The position numbers and the translations under genes were made by a program. 64,000 bases of DNA from Octopus sinensis (taxonomy: Eukaryota): NCBI RefSeq assembly GCF_006345805.1, contig NC_043001.1, positions 108,500,001 to 108,564,000 on the forward strand. Direction: 5' to 3'. Positions 53,387 through 64,000 of the stretch are shown in pieces (the stretch's first letter is position 1; the number at the start of each line of letters is the position of its first letter). A model generated the notes under the pieces. That model did not search any database and had not been told where the DNA came from. It was given only the letters and a program-made list of their open reading frames with translations.

Positions 53387-53473
53387 CCTGAACCGAATCC
53401 AAGCGTCATTTTAATTTTAATTTTATAGTTTACAATTATTCCAAGATTTTCTTTGTTAACTTTGCCAGCCATT
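53387..53473 (-). CDS. Arrestin exon
   Basis: Acceptor attttcgcag, donor gtaagt, phase 2/2. MAGKVNKENLGIIVNYKIKIKMTLGFGS aligns with arrestin E.LGIIVSYKVKVKL. Confidence 0.92.
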
Positions 53474-55290
53474 CTGCGAAAATATGGTCGAAAAAGAAAA
53501 TCATAAAATATATGCTGCAACGAGAGTCCCATTATATATAACTACGAGTGAAAACTAAGCAACAAGATGGCACGGAAGAGACACTCTAGTAGAATTAGGT
53601 TACTGCTTGTTAGAAATTACAGCCGATTCTCCCTCAGATTATACCCCACTATAAATGAACACATTACCTTGATGCATATAATATGTGCAAATTAACAATT
53701 AAAGGAGCACTCCGTCGGTTACGACGACGAGGGTCCCAGCTGATACGATCAACAGAACAGCTTGCTCGTGAAATTAACGTGCAAGTGGCTGAGCACTCCA
53801 CAGACACGTGTACCCTTAACGTAGTTCTCAGGGAGATTCAGCGTGACATACAGTGTGACAAGGCCGGCCCTTTGAAATACAGGTACAACTCATTTTTGCC
53901 AGCTGAGTGGACTGGAGCAACATGAAATAAAGTGTCTTGCTCAAGGGCACAACGCGTCGCTTGGAATCGAACTCACGACCTTACAATCGTGAGCCGAATG
54001 CCCTAACCACTAAGCCACGCGCCTTCACAAATTAACAATTAAAATCTAGAAGATAGTTAAAGCTGATGAGACGTTCACTAAGTTTGTCCTGGCGCTCAGC
54101 CAGAATCTGTGGTTTTTGGCTCACCATTGATAAACAAAAGATTTGACTATAAATTCCCTACCAAGCATTTTCATCTCCCTGTATAGTCTATTGTTTTTAC
54201 AGTGGAGTCAGCTTCTCATAGCTCGCTAATTCTACGCCAGGTGTTGAGTTGGCGAAGTCGTGAGTACGTCAGATGTAATGTCTAGCGATATTCATTCCGA
54301 GTTTCTACACTCTGAGTCCAAATCTTACGACCATCAACTTTCCCTTTCATCCTTTCAGTGTCGATACATAAAGTACCTGCCAAGTACTGGAGTCGATTCT
54401 TCTTCTCTTCGTTTTTCTCCCTCCTCTTTCTCTCTCAAAGAAATTGGTTGCATGCTGATCTAAAGAGGAAAGGCGTTTCACCAGGTTTAAAATGCACAAG
54501 ACGCAATATCTTCACAATGTCCCTATAGGAGTTGAGATTACAAGAAAGGGACGAATTTTATGTCATCAACCCCTAAATCTTAGTGAATGAATTTGCTTCA
54601 GTCTGTTCTTGTTACCCAAGATCTATTTTGCCATGAGACATATTGATACGAACTTCATTCTTTTCTCCTATCAAAAACTGAATGACATATCTTGAAGTTA
54701 GTCTCACCACAAGTGTTTTATAGTTATTGTTTAGCTCCTGGTCAACTAAAATTGCAGCAGTTTATGAATGACAGGGGTTCTAACTGAGACCACATCATCC
54801 TATTTTCCAGTAAACTGCATCTAAGAATAACTTATGTATGTCCTTCTTTATGAAAAAATAGACGTTGAGTGTGATTTGAGATAGATTTAGCTATCTTTAC
54901 AAGCAGGTCGAATAGTATAGACATCACTGAATTAAGTTCGAACTTGTTTCCTTATTTATTTGGGCTGAACACTTAATTCTATGGAATTTAGGAATTGGCA
55001 GGTGCCAAATCATCTGGTAATGTTATTTGAGATATTTGTGGAGGTATGACCGTTAAATCTGCATCACCGACGTGAAAATAGATCTCAGTACCAATCTGTT
55101 AAAAGGTTTGAATTACTATAGCAATCAAAGATAATACTTTGGGCGAATATGAAAGTACGGAAACTACTTGAAGGTGTTATAAATACACTGTTGTTAATAT
55201 TCAGAAATACATTGCAGACCATTGAGAGACCCGTTAAATATATATATAAAAAAGTCAACACTGGTAACCACAAGGAATTTCAATACTTAC

Positions 55291-55437
55291 TCAGTCGAGG
55301 CTGCCAAAGCAGTATCTTCGTATTTCACCCTGCCGTTCAAGGCAAGGCCAGCTCGACGTTTAGCGGCATCAAGAATTGGGCGGATTTTGTAGACTTTACA
55401 GAAACCAGATGTATTAGATTCTATAGGAAATCCTTCT
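55291..55437 (-). CDS. Arrestin exon (lariat/gate loop)
   Basis: Acceptor ttactccatcag, donor gtaagt, phase 2/2. EGFPIESNTSGFCKVYKIRPILDAAKRRAGLALNGRVKYEDTALAAST aligns with arrestin FCKVY...GLALDGKLKHEDTNLASST. Confidence 0.94.
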
Positions 55438-57268
55438 CTGATGGAGTAAAGTAAATATTAACATAGTTCATAAATGATAACGTTAAAGAGTTAGGCAGAA
55501 ATAATTATGCAATGAAATAAAAAGGAAAAAAAAACTACATCAATCAATGATAATTATAACTTCAGATTTTTAGCAAAGGGGGATCACAGTGGCCAGCATA
55601 AATCGATGAGGTAAAACACATGATTGCATAATTTCTCTATTTATCATCAATAATATTAATACGCTAACCTTTTGTTTTTGTACGTACTTGTTGTGTGCGT
55701 CACACTTCAAAAAAGTAGCAAAGCGAGAGAGAGAGAGGAGAACAAAGAGTAAGAGAGAGAGAGAGAGAGAGAGAAAGGGAGAGTGAGAGAGAAAGGGAGA
55801 GAGTAAGAGAGAAAGAAAGAAAGTGAGAGAGAAAGAGAGAGAGAGTGAAAGAGACAGTGACGGCGTTCGTTTTGTGTTTTTAAATGTTTATTACATCGCA
55901 AGAGAAGTAGATACATATACACATTGTTAAATCAAAAACAGAAGAGAAGAGGGTCACAAAGGAAGTGAAAGAGAAAGAGAGAAAGTGAGTGGAGAGACAG
56001 TAGATACATAAATCCAAAGAAAAGTTCATACATAGATACATACACACAGTAAATATTGGCTGTCAGTTTCACTTTTCATTACCACACGAGGATAAAATTA
56101 ACTCACAAATGGTCGAGTACTCCACAGACATGCATAACATTAACGTAGTTCTCAGGGAGATTCAGCCTCACATAGAATATGACAAGGCTTGCTCCTTTGA
56201 ACAACTCGAGACATTAATATATATATAGGAATGTATTTCTGTGTGCGTATAGTTTAGGTTAGTTAAAACGTTTGCAATAATAAATGTCGCGTGATAGAAA
56301 TAAACGCAATTACCAAACTTTCAATCATAAATCCATTTATTATTTCGTTCTTTTGCATTTCAATTTACTGATTAAGGTTCTTTGAATATGTACGATGTAT
56401 TTTAAGATTAAATAGTAATTCTGTTTACGTTTGTGTAACTGAGATATTTTGGTTGGATTATTATATTAGTCATTGGTGTTACATTACTTTATTCTGTAAC
56501 TGTCACAAGATAGTTTTCTAGACCTGATTTTTTTTGTGGGGAGGGGGCCAGTTGGTTAGATCGACCCCAGTACACAACTGATACTTAATTTATCGACCCC
56601 GAAAGAACGAAAGGCAAAGTCGATTTCGGCAGAATTTGAACTCAGAACGTAAAGAGAGATGGTCCTAATATGCAAGCATTTCTCATGGCACCAGTACACT
56701 GTTTACAGGTGCTTACATTTTTTATGCTTTCCGTGAATTTTTCCTTGTGTAGTTTGTCTAGTACTCTGTTTTTTCTTTGTAAAAAAAAGGTTCGTTCCAT
56801 GCTTATTTTTACGTTTTCGTTCTCGTTGAGTTCTGCGTCTATTTTTGGTGTTCTGTACTCACGTATATATATTTATATATGCATGTATATATACATGTAG
56901 ATGTAGGTACGTACATATATGTATGTATGTATGCATATATTTTATTTATTACACTATATATATATATATAGGCGCATGGCTCAGTGGTTAGAGCGCCGAG
57001 ATTACGATCGTGAGGTTGTGAGCTCGAATCCCGGACCGGGCTGCGTGTTGTGTTCTTGAGCAAGGCACTTTATTTCACGTGCTCCAGTTCACTCAGCTGT
57101 AGAAATGAGTTGCGACGTCACTGGTGCCAAGCTGTATCGACCTTTGTCTTTCCCTTGGATAACACTGCTGGTCTTCCATAAACCACCTTGCCCGGACTTG
57201 TGTCTAGGAGGGTAACTTTCTAGGTGCAATCCCATGGTCATTCATGACCGAAGGGGGTCTTTACCCTT

Positions 57269-57301
<33 letters not shown>

Positions 57302-57622
57302 TATATAGATAGATAGATAGATAGATAGATAGCTAGATAGATTTCTTTAGTGGCCACGCAGGGCTGAACATAGAAGTAACAAAATACAAAGCAGAGCTTT
57401 TCTTTTTGGGAAGGAGGAAAAAAAGGGTCGAATTCCGATCAAAAGGGATCGTGAAAAAAAGGGGTGGACAATCAATAGGGATCGTATAGATAGATAGATG
57501 TGTGTATGTGTGTGTACTTATATGCTTACAACACCATTATTTTGGAGAAGTTGAAGGTCCCAGGATCTCGTGAAAGAATATAAGACATAATAATTGTCAC
57601 AACAAATGAAAAAGAAACTTAC

Positions 57623-57695
57623 TCCGTTTCAACTTCGGCAACAATGTTTTTGTACTGGACAGTTTCGTAGAGGCAGATATCCGCATACTGCAGAA
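57623..57695 (-). CDS. Arrestin exon
   Basis: Acceptor ttctatcccacag, donor gtaagt, phase 1/2. (V)LQYADICLYETVQYKNIVAEVET(E) aligns with arrestin VRQYADICLF...QYK. Confidence 0.93.
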
Positions 57696-57742
57696 CTGTG
57701 GGATAGAAACATGCGTATATAAAATATATACATACATACATA

Positions 57743-58032
57743 CAATGGCGGACTGGGTCTAAAAATATTGGTTGCCAGGAGGCTAAGGGGGCCCACTCGC
57801 AGCTACAATGTTATCATTTAATTTTTTTTTTGTTAAAAGTATTCTTTTCAACTGTCTACAAACATAGCCAGGCTGAAATAATTAATGCATTCTTCCAGGA
57901 GTGAATAAAAAATACTCATATCTGAGGGGATGGGTCCCTTAGATACTATCACGGGCCCCCATATATGGATTCTAATGGCGCAGGGGCCCACTTGCCATCG
58001 AACAAGTTGGCAACCTGGCAAGTCTGCCACTG
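57743..58032. mobile_element. hAT-type MITE in an arrestin intron
   Basis: TIRs CAATGGCGGACT / AGTCTGCCACTG with 8-bp CATACATA on both sides (the target is itself a CATA repeat); starts 47 nt from the exon at 57695. Confidence 0.75.
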
Positions 58033-58570
58033 CATACATACATACATACATGGCTAATTCATGCATTACAAGTGCAACCTGTAAGTGGAACAGTATAAAT
58101 ATTCAAGACTTTTCTTAAGTTCCAAATGTGAATTTGTCTGTATTAACTAGAAGAAGAAGTAGAAGAAGGAGAAGGAGAAGAACGTGAAGGAGAAGAAGAA
58201 GGTAAAGGAGAAGAAGAAGAGGAGAAGAAGAAGGTGAAAGAAGGAGAGGAGGAGGAGATGGAGGAGGAGGAGGAGGAGGAGGAGAAGAAGAAGAAGAAGA
58301 GAAGAAGAAGAAGAAGAGGAGGAAGAGGAAGAAGAAGAAGAAGAAGAGGAGGAGGAGGAGAAGAAGAATGAGAAGAAGAAGAATGAGAAGAAGAATGAGA
58401 AGAAGAAGAAGAAAAGAAGAAGAAGAAGAAGAATGAGAAGAAGAAGAAGAATGAGAAGAAGAAGAAGAAGAAGAAGAAGAAGAAGAAGAAGAAGAAGAAG
58501 AAGAAGAAGAAGAAAAAGAAGAAGAATGAGAAGAAGAAGATAACACACATACACATCACAAACTGCTTAC

Positions 58571-58655
58571 CCTGAAGCCTGATTTTCTTTGCTTTTTTCG
58601 ATGTTGGGTTATCAACACACACGTTTATGTTTATAGTTTCACCAGAGTAGTATTT
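58571..58655 (-). CDS. Arrestin exon
   Basis: Acceptor ttacttttgcag, donor gtaagc, phase 0/1. KYYSGETININVCVDNPTSKKAKKIRLQ aligns with arrestin [25 protein letters not shown]. Confidence 0.92.
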
Positions 58656-58889
58656 CTGCAAAAGTAAAAGAAACATATAGGAGAACCCATCAAAGTAGTC
58701 ATAGAGTCGTATCTTTCTCTATTGTCAGCTGTCGTTTTGCGTGAGTGAGTGAGTGATGAAGGGCTGGGAAATGATCGGGAGGGGACGGTTAGCTATCTTT
58801 AAAGATTTAGCCAAGAGGGAAAAGGTTGCAATGGTGATCTTTTCCAAGGATTCCCTGAGACCACAGTATCCCAACCTTTTCTGCCTCCA

Positions 58890-59179
58890 GGTGGAGGTAA
58901 AGGACATGGATCGCGCCCACTTTCGGGTTTGTTTGTTTTTTTTTGTGTGCTTTTTTTTCCACAGAAACCCACCTTTTTGACTGCGTAGATTCCGAATCTG
59001 TAAAATAAAAAAATCGGTATTTCAAAATTTTACCTCCCACCCCAAATTTTAATTTTTTTTTTTTGCCGATTCGGAATCTCTGCAGTGAAAAAGTGGGTTT
59101 TTGTAGAAAAAAAGAGCAAAAAAAAAAAAAAAAAAAAAAAAACCGAAATGGGGTGCGGTCCATGTCCTTTACCTCCGCC
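58890..59179. mobile_element. Foldback/MITE-like element in an arrestin intron
   Basis: GGAGGTAAAGGACATGGATCGCGCCCACTTTCGG / CCGAAATGGGGTGCGGTCCATGTCCTTTACCTCC, with further internal complementarity nearly to the centre. No clear TSD. Confidence 0.7.
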
Positions 59180-59568
59180 GCCAAGCCTTTCAAAAATCCA
59201 CGGCACCCCCTTTTAGAAATATCTAATATGACAGTTGTTTTCTGATTCAACATCAATATAAGAAAATTTTCTCCCTGGATAATAAACATCTGTGTAAGAA
59301 AACTATGTCCTTGGAATTGATGATAAAAACTTTTCTTTATTTCACCAATACTCTTTTACTCTTTTACTTGTTTCAGTCATTTGACTGCGACCATGCTGGA
59401 GCACCGCCTTCAATCGAGCAACTCGACCCCGGGACTTATTCTTTGTAAGCCCAGTACTTATTCTATCGGTCTCGTTTGCCGAACCGCTAAGTGACGGGGA
59501 CATAAACACACCAGCATCAGTTGTCAAGCAATGCTAGGGAGACAAACACAGACACACAAACACACACA

Positions 59569-59626
<58 letters not shown>

Positions 59627-60249
59627 TACAACGGGCTTCTTTCAGTTTCCGCCTACCAAATCCACTCACAAGGCTTTGGTCGGCCCGAAGCTATAGTAGA
59701 AGACACTTGCCCAAGGTGCCACGCAGTGGGAATGAACCCGGAACCATGTGCTTGGTAAACAAGCTACTTACCACACAGCCACTCCTGCGCCAATGTTGAT
59801 ATTATAAATAAAATAGATGAGAATACAAAAATGTAAAAGACAACAATACAAAATATAAGATGACAATAATATTTATTGTTAAAATAGTATCAAATATATT
59901 TTTGGGGCTCTAAATGATCATTCATGACACCACATAGGTGTGTATATTTCGCGTTACCCCACGTTTGATCTCGCGACACACAGGTGGGAATCTGTGCGTT
60001 AGACGGATGGGATATCCCAAGGGAGTTATCCTAAGATCAGAGAATTGGTTTAAATGGCTTCAACAGAATAGATGCCGCTAGAGGCACAAAATATAGCTAT
60101 GTTAATGCAAACACAGCCAGGTGTAGTTGTGTGAAATATAAAACAAAAACCCGGTGGAAGTTAGTTGCACAGTAGATGCATCCATTTCGACCCTTCTTTA
60201 ACCTGCTGTAATCATTTGGTGCAAATAATCATGTGTATTTTGATATATT

Positions 60250-60525
60250 TGTGGAAGCGCATCGCCTAGTGGTTAGAGCAGCGGTCGAGGGATCGCGGGT
60301 TCGAATTTCAGACCGGGCGGTGTGTATATTTATGAGCGAAACACCTAAGCTCCATGCGGCTTCCGGCAGAAGGTGATGACGAACTTCTGCTGACTCTTTC
60401 GCCACAACTTTCTCTCGCACATTCCTCTTGCATCTTGTAGCTCACCGTCCCGTCCAGGTGGGGAACTTATACGCCAAGGAAACCGGGAAACCGGCCCTTA
60501 TGAGCCAGGCATGACTCGAGAAGGA
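60250..60525 (+). mobile_element. tRNA-derived SINE family A; other copies at 1-213(-) and 18915-19290(-)
   Basis: A-box CCTAGTGGTTAGAGC and B-box GGTTCGAATTTC, followed by a shared non-tRNA body (ATGAGCGAAACACCTAAGCTCC...). Confidence 0.8.
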
Positions 60526-60838
60526 ACAACACAACACTTTGATATATTTAGTCATATCGTTTAAGAAATAATTCTGAAAGGCTGGACGTTTTCTCAGGCA
60601 GGAGAACTTTTTTAAATTTAAGAATTTAAAATATAAAACAAAATACTCTTTTGATCTCTTAAATTCCATCAATGAACTTTTGTTTATAAGAAATCAACTC
60701 CAATTTATTATTATTATTTTTTTTGTGTGTGTGTGTTTTGTATTTCTCTTTAGTGTGAAATGTAAAACGAAGTAACGTGCAATATCTAAAACAATTTCAA
60801 GCTTGAAAAACAGAAATAGCTTTAACAAAAACACTCAC

Positions 60839-60974
60839 CGCTTTATCAAGTGAGCATTCGAGCTTCATGGCTCCAGAGGTAAACTTGAATTCCTTGGATA
60901 TTTCTCCATGAGGTTGAGGTTCTTTTCGATCCTCTAGATAAGTCAGTTTCCGAATGGACATCGATACAGAATTT
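60839..60974 (-). CDS. Arrestin (cephalopod visual-type), most 5' exon inside the window
   Basis: Acceptor gtgaacag, donor gtgagt, phase 2/0. NSVSMSIRKLTYLEDRKEPQPHGEISKEFKFTSGAMKLECSLDKA aligns with arrestin NSVRLVIRKVQY...PQP...LEASLDK. Confidence 0.93.
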
Positions 60975-61643
60975 CTGTTCACGAAGATATTTTTAAATTA
61001 TTGAAATTTTAATCAGACAATACAATATAAAAGCATCTTCAATGAAATAATACCATTCATTCAGAGTGTTATCCTACATTTTTTTTCCCGCCTTAGTTTT
61101 AAGAGAAACAGCATCTAAGATGTTGCGGGGCCTCTGAGGCTAGTTAGATCAATACAGTCGATATTCAGGTGGATCATCAATAGGTTGACAACGGCAGGAT
61201 AAAGAAAACAGAAAGAAAAAAACAACACAGACATTGAAGGAACGCAGGGCAGGTGAGATAAAACTAGAATAACACGAGAAAAATATAGGGGATCTAAGAG
61301 GTGGTAACGACCAATCAACTACGTCAGAGAAATATAGGGTTTTCTAGTAGTAATGAAGGAAGCAGATAAAGGAAACTGTGTCAGTTGGCCAGTCGCTGTA
61401 GGGTGTTGGTGAATGAGTTTTGCCAATCAACCGAACTGGCTTCTATGGATGTGGTCCAGGGCCTATGTGTATTTAGAAGTAATGGTTACCCCAGATTTAT
61501 GATTGTAGCTTGCTTACCAACCACATAGTTCTGGGTTCAGTCCCACTGCATGGCACCTTGGGCAAGTGTCTTCTACTATAACCTCGGGCCGACCAAAGCC
61601 TTGTGAGTGGATTTGGTAGGCGGAAACTGAAAGAAGCTCGTCG

Positions 61644-61990
<347 letters not shown>

Positions 61991-62737
61991 TTTGTGTGTC
62001 TGTGTTTGTCCCCTCAACATCGCTTGACAACCGATGCTAGTGTGTTTACGTCCCTGTAACTTAGTGGTTCGGCAAAAGGGAACGATAGAATAAGTATTAG
62101 GCTTACAAAGAATAAGTCCTGAGGTCGATTTGCTCGAGTAAAGGTGCTGCTCCAACACGACCACAGTCAAATGACTGAAACAAGTAAAAGAGTGTAAATC
62201 TTGTACGAGGTATGTTGAGTCAGCAATCGCTGAGAAGAATAAGTATGTTCTAATACTGAAGAGGAAGGATAATCCTTGTGATGCAGATTTGGCTAAAGAA
62301 TAAACCTGAGATTCCAGGAATGATCGTTAGGTATTGTTATGTGAAACATTGTAGCGACTTTGAGGCTTTTAGCTATTTGTTGTTCAATGTTAGAGGAAGG
62401 GAGGCATAAAATCTTTTCCTTCATACGTGCCGGGATTGTGCCATGCAATTGAAAGGGACTAGTCTGTCACGTCTCTCCTTGAGAATACATACAAACTTGT
62501 ATACATACATACATTCATACATGCATATATACATATATACATATATACATAGGTATCACCTCATATATATATATATATAATAAGATAAGTTATATTTTTA
62601 TTTTAAGAAATATTGTTAAATGCTTTTCGATTATTTATAGTTAAAACATGTATTTTTTTTATATATTTACTTGATAATTAGTATAAGTTAAGATAAGTAC
62701 ATTTATTCTATTATTATTTATTATTATTTATTATTTT

Positions 62738-62854
62738 AGACCTGATGAGTGACTATATTTTTAAATAGAATTAATTTTAATTCGATTTAATTTGAAATCG
62801 AATTGATTTTATTATTATCTATTTGAAAATATAGCCACGAAACGCGCGTAGTCT
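62738..62854 (+). ncRNA. Type I hammerhead ribozyme with extended stem II (Penelope pLTR-type)
   Basis: AGAC-CTGATGA-[90-nt hairpin 62749-62838]-GAAA-CGCGCG-TA-GTCT. Stem I is 4 bp, the catalytic core is fully canonical, stem III is short and palindromic, and GUA cleavage is predicted after 62850. Confidence 0.8.
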
Positions 62855-62914
62855 TTTTACTACTAGTTACTAATTATCGTACTTTATTGAATTGTTTAAT
62901 AGAGGTTTTTCTCT

Positions 62915-62949
<35 letters not shown>

Positions 62950-62954
<5 letters not shown>

Positions 62955-63880
62955 AAAATAGTAAAGTGTGAAAAACGACAGAAGGCTTAAATGTTAAAAA
63001 ATATAATATATTTGTGTCAAAATGTATGGAGAATATTGAAAAATTTTTTTCCTTTCCTTAAAATGACATAATTTTAAAATTTTTTAAGAAATTACCGGTT
63101 CGCGTGTAGCTTTTCAAATTTCTTGTGACGTTATGTTTATATTGCATGGAATTATCGTTGTTTTTATTTCCAGGAGATTCTAAATAAGGGGAGGTAGTGA
63201 GTGATTTTTTCCGTCTGTGTAGGGGAGATATCGCTTAAAAAATTTTTTTCCATTTCCTTGTTAATTTCTCTGTGTCAGTATGTTCGGATGGTTGAGTCTG
63301 GGTTTGTACTTTTCAATGAAGAATGTTTCCTTGTTCAGTCTCATTTGTGTTGATGATCCGAAAGCACATTGGTAAAATGGGAAGATTAAAAATTGTGGCA
63401 GTAGTTGCTTTGCGCATTTCTCAATGTGCTCACTAAAAGGTATCATTCTATATTCTGGGAATGCAATCTGTTGTCGATGCAGTGTGCATCTGCGCTGAGT
63501 GATAGTCCCGTGGAACCCACGTAGTCTTGGTGGCAGCCCGAGCATTTAATAACATAAATTATGTTTTCAGAGGCACAAGTAAAGTTAGATTTGATCTTAA
63601 ATTTCTGTCCCTCTTTAAAGAAGAATTCTGATCCTTCCAATAGGTTAGGACATGTTGCCACAGTTCGATCTACCACATTTTTTTACTTTTGCATCCGTAA
63701 TTTTAGAAGACAATTTTGCCTTTGTGAGAATCTTTTTAAGTGATTTAGGCTGTTTGTAGCTTTTAATGATTTGGTGTATGTTTAGAATTTCCTTTAATTT
63801 TGGGTTTTTATGAAGTAACGGAAGTTAATTAGTCCGATAATGATTTCTGAAGTTACACTTAAAAGTTAAATCGTTAACGA
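62950..63880 (-). mobile_element. Penelope-like retroelement 3' fragment (GIY-YIG endonuclease, Neptune-like), frameshifted
   Basis: Overlapping ORFs 63443..63676 and 63261..63545 give FTCASENIIYVIKCSGCHQDYVGST...RCTLHRQQI...SEHIEKC...RLNKETFFIEKYKPRLN, a GIY-YIG pattern preceded by a Cys-rich linker. Ends in (TA)n. Confidence 0.85.
63086..63124 (-). ncRNA. Degenerate minimal hammerhead motif in the 3' region of the Penelope-like element
   Basis: Minus strand reads AAGAAAT-TTGAAAA-GCTACACGC-GAA-CCGG-TA-ATTTCTT. The 7-bp stem I is perfect, but the core differs from CTGANGA and GAAA lacks one A. Confidence 0.55.
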
Positions 63881-64000
63881 AAATGTCAACTTTGTTATTT
63901 AATGATTTACGGATTAAGGGTTTAGTGCCCAGGTTTGCCTAATATATACACACACACGCACGGGGAAAAACACACATTCACATTCGCACACACAAATATA

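Overview
AT-rich, microsatellite- and transposon-saturated eukaryotic DNA. The SINE/RTE repeat content and the arrestin sequence point to a coleoid cephalopod, most likely Octopus (inference). Two spliced genes were reconstructed by hand, with GT-AG junctions and matching intron phases, and they converge tail-to-tail. (1) On +, a USPL1-like SUMO isopeptidase: coding exons 26883-26984, 28636-29702, 37372-37494, 38613-38770, 40303-41987; 3135 nt, 1044 aa; intact Cys/His/Asp triad; candidate promoter and non-coding first exon near 21.3-21.6 kb. (2) On -, the seven 3' coding exons (60974 down to 51728) of a cephalopod visual-type arrestin whose 5' end lies beyond the window. The rest consists of several tRNA-derived SINE families, RTE, CR1 and R4/Dong-like LINE fragments, mariner, Tc2/pogo, piggyBac and hAT-type MITEs, and a Penelope-like (GIY-YIG) element. 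The most unusual signal is a dispersed set of hammerhead-ribozyme motifs in Penelope-type terminal-repeat remnants: one with a canonical core and a 90-nt stem II (62738-62854), an inverted pair with a G3-C8 swapped core (43287-43424), and several variant or degenerate copies. Most long ORFs in the supplied track are microsatellite artefacts. Repeat boundaries are approximate, and no database searches or folding computations were run.
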